53,281 nt of DNA from an uncultured Bacillota bacterium (GTDB lineage Bacteria; Bacillota; DTU084): NCBI GenBank assembly GCA_937888735.1, contig CALASN010000080.1, forward strand, positions 1-53,281, given 5' to 3'. Shown piece after piece: positions 19,155-28,784 of the stretch; the stretch's first letter is position 1; the number at the start of each line of letters is the position of its first letter. The notes under the pieces are model-generated. The model was not told where the DNA came from. It did no database searches and saw only the letters and a list, made by a program, of their open reading frames with translations. The position numbers and the translations under genes are program-made.

Positions 19155-20285
19155 CTACTTTGCCAGAGATAAAATCAAATCCACGATTCTGCCCGTTGCC
19201 TTTGGCCTGCCTAAATTTCGGCTGTTCTCCGCCATGCTGGCAAGCTTCGCCGGCGAAGCCAAAAGCTCAGTTACCTCGCTCACCAGGCTCTGCGCCGAAA
19301 GCTCGCTATCTGCCATGAGAATGCCGGCGCCTGCCTCCGCCAAAACTTTGGCATTATAGGTCTGATGGTCAGCGGCAGCATGCGGGTAAGGCACTAAAAC
19401 GGCGGGGAGCCCCAGGGCCATGATCTCAGACAAGCTGCCGGCGCCCGCTCGGGTGATGACTAAGTCAGCCTGTCCATAGGCTGCGGACATGTCGTAAAGA
19501 TAGGGATACAAATGAACGCCTGCCCAGGAGACTCCCTCGCCTTCCTGCGTTACCTTTCCTCCCAGTTCAGCGGCAACCTGCTCAAGCTGGCCGCGGGCTT
19601 CGGCAAACAGTTTAGGCCCGCTTTGGTGCAGAAGCTGCAGCCTCTTGCCGGGTCCGGCCAATTCGTAAAGGCCGGCCGCAGCCTGGTTCAGGCGCCTGGC
19701 GCCTTGGCTTGCCCCCAGCAGCAGCACTGTGTTTTTCCCTGGCACGAGGCCGTAAGCGCTCTCGGCCGGCGGCGAGAGCAGCTGCTCTCGGATGGGATTG
19801 CCTGTGAAGTGAAGCTTACCTTGGACTTTCCTGGGAAAATACGGCGCAGCCTGGCTGTACCCCAGAGCCACGGCTTGAGCCCAATTGCTCAGCAGCTTAT
19901 TGGCTTTGCCGGGCAGGGCATTTTGCTCCTGCAAAAGCACCGGCACTTTGGCCAGGCGCGCGGCAAGCACCACTGGCCCGCAAGCATAGCCGCCCGTACC
20001 AACCACAATCTGCGGTTCGAACCGCGCGATCAAAGCTCTGGCCTCCCGGATCCCCCGCTGCATGGTCCAGAGGTTTTTGGCTTTCGTCATCACTCCTCCG
20101 CTCAGGGGGGCGCTCTGGATAAAGAGGATGGGATAGCCGGCTCTCTTCACAAGCTCTCCTTCCAGGCCCCGTTTGGTGCCCACGAATAAAACCTCGTGCT
20201 CTCCCCTGCGCTGTAATTCTTGGGCCAACGTTAACCCCGGATAAATGTGGCCGCCTGTGCCGCCACTGGCAAACATTACCCGCAT
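19155..20285 (-). CDS. murG: undecaprenyldiphospho-muramoylpentapeptide beta-N-acetylglucosaminyltransferase
   Basis: MRVMFASGGTGGHIYPGLTLAQEL and ITRAGAGSLSEIMALGLPAVLVPYPHAAADHQ. ATG at 20285 follows ATAGGAGAAGG. Confidence 0.95.
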   Translation of the reverse strand: MRVMFASGGTGGHIYPGLTLAQELQRRGEHEVLFVGTKRGLEGELVKRAGYPILFIQSAPLSGGVMTKAKNLWTMQRGIREARALIARFEPQIVVGTGGYACGPVVLAARLAKVPVLLQEQNALPGKANKLLSNWAQAVALGYSQAAPYFPRKVQGKLHFTGNPIREQLLSPPAESAYGLVPGKNTVLLLGASQGARRLNQAAAGLYELAGPGKRLQLLHQSGPKLFAEARGQLEQVAAELGGKVTQEGEGVSWAGVHLYPYLYDMSAAYGQADLVITRAGAGSLSEIMALGLPAVLVPYPHAAADHQTYNAKVLAEAGAGILMADSELSAQSLVSEVTELLASPAKLASMAENSRNLGRPKATGRIVDLILSLAK

Positions 20286-20411
20286 AAATCCTTCTCCTAT
20301 CTTTACTGGAGTAGCTGCCGCGCGAGCGCAGGCGGCTTCTCTAGTTGATCTGTCTTGCGCTTTGAGCTCTCGCAAACTTTAGCTTTACCTTGCGCCCGCC
20401 GGCTCGCTACG

Positions 20412-20437
20412 AAAAAAGCCCACGCTTGGCGTGAGCT
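20412..20437 (-). terminator. possible intrinsic terminator or attenuator between ftsW and murG
   Basis: On the minus strand, GCTCACGC-CAA-GCGTGGGC followed by TTTTTT, overlapping the ftsW stop codon. A 150-nt gap follows before murG. Confidence 0.5.
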
Positions 20438-21533
20438 ACTTAGACTGTGTCCTCTGCCGAGAGATGTTGAGCAGCACGCCCACGGCCGATAAAGTGATGA
20501 GCAGCGACGAGCCGCCGTAACTGATTAACGGCAGCGTGATCCCGGTTATGGGAAGCGAGCCGGTGACAACCCCGATATTGATCACAGCCTGCAGCACGAT
20601 TTGACTTGTGATTCCCACGCAGATAATGCTGCTGAACAAATCCGGAGCGGTCATGGCAATCCGCAGTCCCCGCCAGGCGAAGAGCAAAAAGAGCGCCAGC
20701 ACCAAGAAAGTGCCGATAAAGCCCAGCTCTTCTCCTAAAATGGCAAAAATGAAATCCGTATGTTGCTCAGGCAGGTACCAAAATTTCTGCCTGCTGCGGC
20801 CAAGTCCCAGGCCAAATAAGCCGCCGGAACCTAAAGCCAAGAGCGATTGGATGATGTGAAAACCAGCTCCCAGAGGATCCGCCCAGGGATTGCGAAAGGC
20901 TAAAAGCCGGCGCAACCTGTACGGCTCTGACACTACCAAGGCGATAAAAGTCGGTACGGCGGGGATGGCAAGCAGCAGGTAATGCTTGATTTTAGCGCCG
21001 GCAGCCAGCAGCATGATCAAAGTGGTGACCGCTAAGGTGCCCGCAGTCCCCAGATCCGGTTCCAGCATGATCAGCGCGAAAAAAACAGCCATCACCCCAA
21101 GGGGAACGAGCAAAACGAAAAAGTTTTGAATTTTACCTTTGACCTTCACCGCCCAAGTGGCCACAAAGAGGATCATGGCCAATTTTCCAAGCTCGGAAGG
21201 CTGCAAATTCAAGAAACCGAAGTTCAGCCAGCGGCGGGAACCGCTGATCTCCTCCCCCACGAAAGGCACCAAGAGCAGGAGAACTAAGCAGAGCCCCAGA
21301 AAAGGATATGTCCACCGGGAATATTTGCGATAATCAATGTTCATCACCACTACCATGGCAACGATCCCCAGCAGCGCAAAGAACAGCTGCCTTTTGAGAA
21401 AATAATACGCGTCTCCCAGCTCTTCCAGCGCTTTAATGGAGCTGGAGCTGAAGACCATGACCACGCCGATGCCCAAAAGCGCCACTGTCACCAGGAACAG
21501 GATCAAATCCGGACCATGGCTTTGCCTTTTCAC
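20436..21533 (-). CDS. ftsW: SEDS-family peptidoglycan polymerase FtsW/SpoVE
   Basis: 10-TM protein with FQPSELGKLAMILFVA, PDLGTA and LPEQHTDFIFAILGEELGFIG motifs. Confidence 0.92.
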   Translation of the reverse strand: MKRQSHGPDLILFLVTVALLGIGVVMVFSSSSIKALEELGDAYYFLKRQLFFALLGIVAMVVVMNIDYRKYSRWTYPFLGLCLVLLLLVPFVGEEISGSRRWLNFGFLNLQPSELGKLAMILFVATWAVKVKGKIQNFFVLLVPLGVMAVFFALIMLEPDLGTAGTLAVTTLIMLLAAGAKIKHYLLLAIPAVPTFIALVVSEPYRLRRLLAFRNPWADPLGAGFHIIQSLLALGSGGLFGLGLGRSRQKFWYLPEQHTDFIFAILGEELGFIGTFLVLALFLLFAWRGLRIAMTAPDLFSSIICVGITSQIVLQAVINIGVVTGSLPITGITLPLISYGGSSLLITLSAVGVLLNISRQRTQSK

Positions 21534-21548
21534 AGACTTATCCTCCCC

Positions 21549-22523
21549 CTAAAAGAACGTATAAACAAAGGCAAGCAACCCTAAAACGCCGAAGACGACG
21601 CTGGCGAGAGTAAAGCGGGCAACCACTTTCGGTTCCGCCCAGCCCCCCAGCTCGAAGTGATGGTGCAAAGGGCTCATGCGAAAAATCCGCCTGCCCGTAA
21701 GCTTGAAAGAGCAAACCTGTAAAATCACAGACAGAGCCTCCACCACGTAAAGCCCGCCTAAAATAGGCAGAAAGAGCTCGGTCTTGGTGAGCAGAGCTAA
21801 GACGCCCAAGGCTCCACCCAAGGCCAGAGAACCGGTATCCCCCATGAACACTTGCGCAGGCGGCGCGTTGAACCAAGAGAAGCCCAAACAGGCTCCGGCC
21901 AGAGCTCCGGCAAACACAGCCAGCTCCCATTGCCCAAGCAGCAAGGCGATTGCCGCGTAGCTGATGGCTGTGGCCGTCATGCTGCCGGCAGCCAGGCCGT
22001 CCAACCCGTCCGTGAGGTTCACGGCGTTGGAAGCAGCCACCAAAATCAGTTCCGCCAAGCAAAAATAAAGCCAGGGCGGAAGTGTTATTTCTCTATCCAG
22101 AAAAGGCACAAACAGCTGCGAGCCCAGATTCGGGTGCGCCAGCACGTACATGATGGCCACGGCGCCCACCAGGATCTGCCCTAAAAGCTTATCCCTGGCC
22201 CGCAGTCCCAGGGATTTGCCGCGCATGATCTTCAGAAAATCATCCAAGAGGCCCACGAGACCGAAGCCTAGCATCACAAACAGGACGTAAGGCAAGATCT
22301 GCTTGCTGGGGCTCACCAGCACCGCCGCCAAAGCGGTGGGCAGCAAAATCATGATCCCTCCCATGGAAGGAGTGCCGGCTTTTTTCAGATGCGTTTGGGG
22401 TCCGTCCCCCCGTACGTTCTGACCCGTGCCAAGACGAGAGAGGATGCGGATTGTCAGCGGACCTGCTAGCAGCACCAAGAGGAAAGCGGCCAGCGCGCCG
22501 TACACAGGCAAAAGCCACTTCAC
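21549..22523 (-). CDS. mraY: phospho-N-acetylmuramoyl-pentapeptide-transferase
   Basis: KKAGTPSMGGIMIL, NAVNLTDGLDGLA, FMGDTGSLALGG and MSPLHHHFEL motifs. Confidence 0.97.
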   Translation of the reverse strand: MKWLLPVYGALAAFLLVLLAGPLTIRILSRLGTGQNVRGDGPQTHLKKAGTPSMGGIMILLPTALAAVLVSPSKQILPYVLFVMLGFGLVGLLDDFLKIMRGKSLGLRARDKLLGQILVGAVAIMYVLAHPNLGSQLFVPFLDREITLPPWLYFCLAELILVAASNAVNLTDGLDGLAAGSMTATAISYAAIALLLGQWELAVFAGALAGACLGFSWFNAPPAQVFMGDTGSLALGGALGVLALLTKTELFLPILGGLYVVEALSVILQVCSFKLTGRRIFRMSPLHHHFELGGWAEPKVVARFTLASVVFGVLGLLAFVYTFF

Positions 22524-23890
22524 GCTTCCTCATCCCCTCTCAGCGCCTGGGCTATCTTGTCCATCCGCATCGCCCGGGAACCTTTCACCAACACCAGCGC
22601 GTCGGGTCTGAGTTCAGACAGCAGATAATCCCGCGCTTCCTCAGAGGTGGAAAAGCTGTGCACCTTCTCCGCCGGCATTCCCGCAGCCAGCGCCCCTTGG
22701 GCAAGCTGCGCGGCCAGCTCTCCTACTGTGACCAGCTCCCCTACAGTCTCAGCCGCTTTGGCTCCCACTTGCCTGTGGAGCTCCGGCGAATCGGCTCCCA
22801 GCTCCAGCATATCAGCCAGCACGGCCACAGTCCTGCGTTTCCGTTGGCTGCCAAGCTGCGAGAGGACCTCCAGCGCTGCAATAGACGAGGCGGGAGCCGC
22901 GTTATAAGTATCGTTGAGAATCAGCCAGCCTCCCCGGCTGGTCTGGAGCTTCAAACGCAGATCCGAGATTTGAGCGCGGGCTAATCCCGCCGCCACATCA
23001 GATAGATCGTAACCTAAAGCCAAGGCCGCGGCCGCGGCAGCCAAAGCATTGGCGATATTGTGAAGGCCGTAGCTGGGCAAAGTCACTTCCGCCCGGTCTG
23101 AGCCGTAATGAAAGACCGCGCTTTGCGGCCCTGTGGGCTCGGCCCACAGATCGTTGTCTGGGCCGAAGCCGAAGAACATGGTTTTACCGGCATTTAATCT
23201 CGCCATGGCGCGGACTGTGGGGTCGTCGCCGCTTAGGATCGCCGCTCCATACGGCGGCAGGCTCTCAATCAGTTCTCCTTTTGCCTTGGCAATATTCTCC
23301 CGGCTGCCCAGGAGCTCCAGATGCGCCTGACCGACATTGGTAACTACCCCCAGCTGAGGCCTTGCGATTTCGCACAGCCGCCTGATTTGGCCCAAGCCCC
23401 GCATACCCATCTCCACCACGGCGATTTTGTGTTCCGGCCGCAGGGACAGGAGCGTCAAAGGCAACCCCAGCTCGTTGTTATGGTTGCCCTGGCTTTTGAG
23501 CACTGCAGCTTTTCTCTCCAGGATCGAGGCTAAAAAGTCTTTGGTGGTGGTTTTGCCGCAGCTGCCTGTGATCCCCGCCACAATGGGAGCAATGCGCAGC
23601 CTGTACAAGCCGGCCAAATTTCCCAGCGTCCGCAGACAGTCCGCCGCGGAAAACAGAGCCACATTTTCCGGTCGCTCCTGGGTAGGCTTTGAAACTAAAA
23701 GCCCGGCTGCTCCTCGGGCTACAGCGTCTTTTAAAAAGCAATGCCCGTCCGCTCTCTCGCCGGGCAAAGCCACAAACAGCGCGCCTGGCTCCACCAAGCG
23801 CGAGTCCGTCACAACTGTGGAGAAAACCAATTGGTTGGAGCCAAATTCAAGTTTGGCGCCTGCGGTTTGAACATCGGAAGCTGTGATCAA
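22520..23890 (-). CDS. murF: UDP-N-acetylmuramoyl-tripeptide--D-alanyl-D-alanine ligase
   Basis: VVTDSRLVEPGALFVALPGERADGH, GITGSCGKTTTK and NDTYNAAPASS. Its position between murE and mraY fits. Confidence 0.93.
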   Translation of the reverse strand: MITASDVQTAGAKLEFGSNQLVFSTVVTDSRLVEPGALFVALPGERADGHCFLKDAVARGAAGLLVSKPTQERPENVALFSAADCLRTLGNLAGLYRLRIAPIVAGITGSCGKTTTKDFLASILERKAAVLKSQGNHNNELGLPLTLLSLRPEHKIAVVEMGMRGLGQIRRLCEIARPQLGVVTNVGQAHLELLGSRENIAKAKGELIESLPPYGAAILSGDDPTVRAMARLNAGKTMFFGFGPDNDLWAEPTGPQSAVFHYGSDRAEVTLPSYGLHNIANALAAAAAALALGYDLSDVAAGLARAQISDLRLKLQTSRGGWLILNDTYNAAPASSIAALEVLSQLGSQRKRRTVAVLADMLELGADSPELHRQVGAKAAETVGELVTVGELAAQLAQGALAAGMPAEKVHSFSTSEEARDYLLSELRPDALVLVKGSRAMRMDKIAQALRGDEEA

Positions 23891-25341
23891 TTCTCTCTCT
23901 CCTTAAGGCATTGGGCTGCGACCTGGACATCGTCGAAGTGAATGGTCTCGGCGCGAAAGATCTGATAGGTTTCATGTCCCTTGCCTGCGATCAGAACCAG
24001 ATCGTCTGGTTCAGCCATGGTAATGGCCCGGCGGATGGCAGTCTTGCGATCCGGCTCGACAATATATTCTCCTCCTGTAGCCGCAAGACCTGCTTCCACC
24101 TCGGCGCAAATCGCCAGGGGATCTTCAGACCTGGGATTATCAGAGGTGACGATGGAAAAATCAGCCAGCTCACCCGCGATTTTCCCCATTTGCGGTCTCT
24201 TGCCCCTGTCCCTGTCCCCGCCGCAGCCGAAGACCACCAGCAGACGGCCGATCGGCAGCTTTCTGGCGGTAGAGAGGACATTGGCAAGCCCGTCCGGGGT
24301 GTGGGCGTAATCCACGATCACAGTGGGCTTTCCGGAGCCGACCCGCTGGAAGCGGCCGGGAACGCCCTTGAGGTCGGAGAGGCCTCGGCAGATGGCAGCT
24401 TGATCTACGCCCAAGGCCAGAGCCGCTCCCGCTGCGGCCAGGCTATTGGCCGCATTGAAACTGCCGGTTAGGGCCAGCTTTACCTGCCTGTGCCACTTGG
24501 GGGTGGCGATGCCAAGGAGCATTCCCTCTTTGGTCAAAGAGAGAATCTCCCCTTGCACGTCGCCTGCCTGCAGGGAGTAACCGATGAGCTTGCCGGGCGA
24601 GGCTTCCGCCATCAATTGATGGTAGGGATCGTCCAGGTTGAGCACAGAGGCGCTGTCCGGGGGCAATTGGCCGAAAAAGCTTGCTTTCACCCGGCTGTAT
24701 GCGTCCATAGTCTTATGATAATCCAAATGGTCCTGAGTTAAATTTGTGAAGACGCCCACTGTGAAATCCCCGCCGCTGATGCGCTTTTGCGCGATGGCAT
24801 GGGACGAGACCTCCATCACCACATGGGTCAAGCCTCGCTCCGCCATTTGGGCCAGCATCTCCTGGAGATCCGGGGCTTCAGGCGTGGTATGCTGGGCCGG
24901 GATAAACTCGTCTGCAATCAGGTTGCCGATGGTGCCGACCAGGCCCACCTTGAGCCCTGCGGCGTGCAAAATGGAACGGACAAGATAGCTGGTGGTCGTC
25001 TTACCGTTAGTGCCGGTGATCCCCACCAGTTTCAGCTTGCGGGCCGGATACCCCCAAAAAGCCGCGGCAAGAGACTGCATTGCAGATCTGGTATCTGCCA
25101 CCACGATCTGGGTGGCGTCTTCCGCCAGAGGCAGTTTTTCTTCCGTTAAAAACGCGCGGCAGCCTTGGCTGTAAGCCTGGGGGGCAAATTTGTGACCGTC
25201 CTGTTTCAGGCCGCGCAGACAAATGAATAGATCCCCTTCCTTAGCTTTTCTGGAATCGTAAACAAGGCCGTGCAACAGGCGGTCCGTCCCGGAGACTGTG
25301 CCCCGGACACGGGCGCTTGCCATCAGCTCGCTAGTTTTCAC
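23887..25341 (-). CDS. murE: UDP-N-acetylmuramoyl-L-alanyl-D-glutamate--2,6-diaminopimelate ligase
   Basis: GITGTNGKTTT, VDYAHTPDGL and the DAP-specific DNPRSEDP motif. Confidence 0.95.
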   Translation of the reverse strand: MKTSELMASARVRGTVSGTDRLLHGLVYDSRKAKEGDLFICLRGLKQDGHKFAPQAYSQGCRAFLTEEKLPLAEDATQIVVADTRSAMQSLAAAFWGYPARKLKLVGITGTNGKTTTSYLVRSILHAAGLKVGLVGTIGNLIADEFIPAQHTTPEAPDLQEMLAQMAERGLTHVVMEVSSHAIAQKRISGGDFTVGVFTNLTQDHLDYHKTMDAYSRVKASFFGQLPPDSASVLNLDDPYHQLMAEASPGKLIGYSLQAGDVQGEILSLTKEGMLLGIATPKWHRQVKLALTGSFNAANSLAAAGAALALGVDQAAICRGLSDLKGVPGRFQRVGSGKPTVIVDYAHTPDGLANVLSTARKLPIGRLLVVFGCGGDRDRGKRPQMGKIAGELADFSIVTSDNPRSEDPLAICAEVEAGLAATGGEYIVEPDRKTAIRRAITMAEPDDLVLIAGKGHETYQIFRAETIHFDDVQVAAQCLKEREN

Positions 25342-27457
25342 TCTTCCGTTCCTCCCTGCCTGGAAACTCGAAAAAGACGCGAATGCGGGTTCCCGGCTTC
25401 ACCTTTTTGCCGGCTGCTGGCGCCTGACGCGCTGCAATGCCGGAGCCTTGGATTTCCAGCCGCAAACCTAAGATGCTCAATGTGTTGGCCGCATCGCGAA
25501 CCGTCATTTTCTCTAACGAAGGCACTGTAACCAGCCCTCCGTTTCTATTGTATAATTCTTCCCGATGAAAGTGAAGAATAATCTTGCTGCCTTTTTTCAC
25601 CCTCACACCCGGCTTGGGCGATTGTTCCGTCACCATCTTCCCGTCGCCTTCCATCTGGAAGGTCAGGCCTTCTGCCAAAAGCTTTTGCTGCGCTTCACCG
25701 GGAGGATAATTTCGGACATTGGGAACCGTCGCCCACTGGTCGGAGGCAGGTTTCTCTTCTTCCTTGGGAGGCAGGCCAAGGTAGGCAAAAGCGTCTGCAA
25801 AAATTCTGGCCAAAGGCGGAGCTGCCAAAGTGCCGCCGTAGGTGATGGCTGTCTGAGGCTCGCGCATCACCACAAGGCCGATGAGCCGCGGTTTGTCAGA
25901 AGGTCCGAAGCCCAAAAAGGAAGCGTTCACTTTGGTGCTGCTGTAGCCTCCGGCCTCAGCCACCTGTCCGGTGCCGGTTTTGCCGGCAATGGCATAACCT
26001 GGGATATCCGCTTTTGAACCGGAGCCGTTCGCCACCACTGAGCGCAAAATCTGTCTCAATTGACCGGTTGTGCTCCGGGACAATACACTGCGCACGACTT
26101 CCTTCTTAAATTCTTTCAGAGTTCGCTTGTCCTTGCTGATTTCCCGGACCAAATGCGGCCGCACCAGCTGCCCGCCGTTGGCGATGGCGGCGGCCGCAGT
26201 CAGCAGTTGAATGGGCGTGACGCTGACGCCCTGGCCAAAGCCGATGTTGGCCCAGCGCACCAGCCAGCCTTGCGCTTCCCTGGAAGGGGAGCTGAGCGCT
26301 CCGGACGCCTCTCCGGGAAAATCGATGCCGGTTTTGCCGCCAAAACCGAAAGCTTTGAGATATTTATGGAAAATCTCCGGTCCCAAATCCATTCCCAACT
26401 GCGCAAATACGGGGTTGCAGGAATTTTCCACCGCTTCGGTGAAAGTCTCGCTGCCGTGGCCTCCCGCTTTCCAGCAGCGCAGCTTATGACCGCTGACCAA
26501 AACGTAGCCGGGATCGAAAAAAGGAGTATCCGGCTTGACGATCCCCTCCTCCAGCGCCGCGGCGGAAGTGAAGACCTTGAAAGTCGAGCCAGGCTCATAC
26601 AGGTCCGTGATCAGGATATTCTTTCTGCTCTCCGAGGGATACTCGCCGAAATTATTGGGGTCAAAGGTCGGTCTGATGGCCATGGCCAGGATTTCCCCGT
26701 TCTCGGGATCCATGATCAAGGCCATACCCTGCCTGGAGCCGGTCTCGGCCACTGCCCGATCCAGCTCCCGCTCCGCCAGGTGCTGAATCACAGAGTCGAT
26801 GGTGAGCACTAAATCCGCGCCGTCTTCGGGCGGTATGTAATTGCGGATTCCCTCCGGGATTTCTCTGCCCGTGGCATCCCGCTCGGCGGTTATCTTGCCC
26901 TGTACTCCTTTAAGATAATGATCGTAATATAATTCCAGGCCTTCCAGTCCCTGATTGTCGACGCCGGCGATCCCTAGCACCTGGGCCGCCAGTTTCCCTT
27001 CCGGATAAAACCTTTGCGGTCTGGGAACCAAACTGAGCCCTTTGGCAGCCAGCTCTTTGATTTTCCGTGACTGCTCCACGGTCAATTTTCGTTTGATCCA
27101 TTCTCCGGATGAATTGCGCGTGAGCTTGCGCAAGATTTCCTTTTCATCCAGCTGCACGATGGGCGCCAGTTTTCTCGCCAGGTCCTGGGCGTCTTCTATT
27201 TCCCTGGGCACAGCGTAAAGGGCGTCCGTATTGACGCTGATGGCCAGCTTTTTGCCGTTGCGATCATAGATTGTCCCGCGCTTGGCGTCGATTTTCACCG
27301 GCCGCATGCGCTGGTTCATGGCTTTTTGCTGGTAATCGTCTCCTGAGATCACCTGCACGAAAAACAGGCGGCAGAAAAGACAAAAAAAGGCGCCCATAGC
27401 GCCAAAAAAAATCCAGGCTATTCGTTTACGAACCACAAGGGTGTTTCTTTCAGACAA
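25331..27457 (-). CDS. class B penicillin-binding protein (FtsI / PBP2B / SpoVD family) with two C-terminal PASTA domains
   Basis: TM anchor and dimerisation domain. Transpeptidase motifs are GSTFK, SCN and KTGT. Two PASTA-like repeats are present (VPNVRNY...ILHF and VPSLEKM...RVFF). Confidence 0.93.
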   Translation of the reverse strand: MSERNTLVVRKRIAWIFFGAMGAFFCLFCRLFFVQVISGDDYQQKAMNQRMRPVKIDAKRGTIYDRNGKKLAISVNTDALYAVPREIEDAQDLARKLAPIVQLDEKEILRKLTRNSSGEWIKRKLTVEQSRKIKELAAKGLSLVPRPQRFYPEGKLAAQVLGIAGVDNQGLEGLELYYDHYLKGVQGKITAERDATGREIPEGIRNYIPPEDGADLVLTIDSVIQHLAERELDRAVAETGSRQGMALIMDPENGEILAMAIRPTFDPNNFGEYPSESRKNILITDLYEPGSTFKVFTSAAALEEGIVKPDTPFFDPGYVLVSGHKLRCWKAGGHGSETFTEAVENSCNPVFAQLGMDLGPEIFHKYLKAFGFGGKTGIDFPGEASGALSSPSREAQGWLVRWANIGFGQGVSVTPIQLLTAAAAIANGGQLVRPHLVREISKDKRTLKEFKKEVVRSVLSRSTTGQLRQILRSVVANGSGSKADIPGYAIAGKTGTGQVAEAGGYSSTKVNASFLGFGPSDKPRLIGLVVMREPQTAITYGGTLAAPPLARIFADAFAYLGLPPKEEEKPASDQWATVPNVRNYPPGEAQQKLLAEGLTFQMEGDGKMVTEQSPKPGVRVKKGSKIILHFHREELYNRNGGLVTVPSLEKMTVRDAANTLSILGLRLEIQGSGIAARQAPAAGKKVKPGTRIRVFFEFPGREERKSEN

Positions 27458-27470
27458 AGCGTCTCAACTC

Positions 27471-27830
27471 CTATTTGCCTGCCCGTTCTCCAGCGGAAAC
27501 AGCCGTGGGACTCACCATGCCGAGCCTGCCTGCCGCCTTCTCGATGCGTTCCAAAGAACCCAACTGTTCTACCCGCAGCTCAAGTTCGCTGTTCTCCCGC
27601 GCAAGCTGGTCGATCTGCTGATTTAACTGCGCGTTTTGATACGAAAGACGCGCTGTGGCGGCGTTCTGAGCCAAAAAGGTCAACCCCAATCCGACGCAGA
27701 CTATGGCCACCAACGCTATGGTGGCCATGGGATTTTTCCTGACCGCCGCTTTCGCTTTTCTTTGTTCCGCGGCTCTGGGCAGCGTCCTGGCTAAATTTCC
27801 TTCGACGTATCTTGATGTCCCTGATACCAT
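27471..27830 (-). CDS. ftsL: cell division protein FtsL (septum formation initiator-like)
   Basis: 119 aa with a single TM helix followed by a leucine-zipper-like coiled coil (LNQQIDQLARENSELELRVEQL). It sits in the canonical slot between rsmH and the PBP. Confidence 0.7.
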   Translation of the reverse strand: MVSGTSRYVEGNLARTLPRAAEQRKAKAAVRKNPMATIALVAIVCVGLGLTFLAQNAATARLSYQNAQLNQQIDQLARENSELELRVEQLGSLERIEKAAGRLGMVSPTAVSAGERAGK

Positions 27831-27832
27831 AC

Positions 27833-28759
27833 TTATTCACCTTCCTTGGGATTTAGTACGCATCTTGCCGCCCGCAGTTTGGCGCTTCTGGCCCGCGGGT
27901 TTTGGGCCAGTTCAGCCTCCTGCGGCAAAAGCGGCTTTTTCGTAAGCAATTCCAGCTTGGCCTCGAGGCGTCCGTCAGGACCCTTCCCCGCCCAACTGGC
28001 TAGAGTTCGTTTCACGATTCGATCTTCCAGCGAGTGGTAGGAAATGACTACGATCCTTCCTCCAGGCCTCAGGGCTTTGATTGCGCCCGCCAGGCCTTCC
28101 TCTAGCGCCCCAAGCTCGTCGTTGACCGCAATCCGGAGAGCTTGAAACGTGCGCTTGGCAGGATGAGGTCCCCTGCGCCTGGCTCCCGCCGGAATGGCGG
28201 CCAAGATGATCTCCACCAGCTGGCTTGTGGTCTCAACGCGGCCTCTCTGTCGCCGCTCCACGATGAATTTTGCAATCCGGCTTGCCCAGCGCTCTTCTCC
28301 GTAATTGGAAATGAGTTTGGTCAGCTCCTTGTGCGACAGGATATTCACAAGCTCAGCCGCAGTCAGCGGCGAAGCTTGATTCATGCGCATATCCAGCGGC
28401 GCGTCGGTCTGATAAGAAAAGCCTCTCTCTGCCCAATCCAACTGCGGCGAGGAGACTCCCAGATCAAATAAGATCCCGTCCGCGCCGTCTGGCGCGAGCC
28501 GCCCGAGCGCCTGCTCCAGGGTGCGAAAGTTGATCTGAATGAGTTCAGCCTCCCGGCCCAAGACTTCCCTGGCTTTGTCCAGCGCGCTTGAGTCCTGATC
28601 CAGACCGATGAGTCTGCCGCGCCCTTGCATTTGCCGCCAAATCCGAATGGCATGTCCACCCCCGCCAACCGTGCAGTCAACGATGGTCTGACCGGGCTGG
28701 GGGGCCAGCTGCGCTAAGACCTCGGAGACCATAACAGGTTCATGCTTAAATTCCGCCAG
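27833..28759 (-). CDS. rsmH: 16S rRNA (cytosine1402-N4)-methyltransferase
   Basis: DCTVGGGGH, DLGVSSPQLD and SYHSLEDRIVK motifs. The conserved N-terminal FKHEPVM lies upstream of the first ATG (28732). I therefore extend to the in-frame CTG at 28759, which sits 6 nt after GGGGGGA. The ATG-based ORF would be 27833-28732. Confidence 0.85.
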   Translation of the reverse strand: MAEFKHEPVMVSEVLAQLAPQPGQTIVDCTVGGGGHAIRIWRQMQGRGRLIGLDQDSSALDKAREVLGREAELIQINFRTLEQALGRLAPDGADGILFDLGVSSPQLDWAERGFSYQTDAPLDMRMNQASPLTAAELVNILSHKELTKLISNYGEERWASRIAKFIVERRQRGRVETTSQLVEIILAAIPAGARRRGPHPAKRTFQALRIAVNDELGALEEGLAGAIKALRPGGRIVVISYHSLEDRIVKRTLASWAGKGPDGRLEAKLELLTKKPLLPQEAELAQNPRARSAKLRAARCVLNPKEGE

Positions 28760-28784
28760 CGTCTTTCCCCCCTGTATTTTTCCG

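Noticed and set aside
19512-20189. 225-aa plus-strand ORF opposite murG (with similar cases at 26060-26812, 39455-40177, 42988-43698 and 21538-22062)
   Set aside because: All lie fully within strong CDSs on the other strand or in another frame. They have biased composition and no start context.
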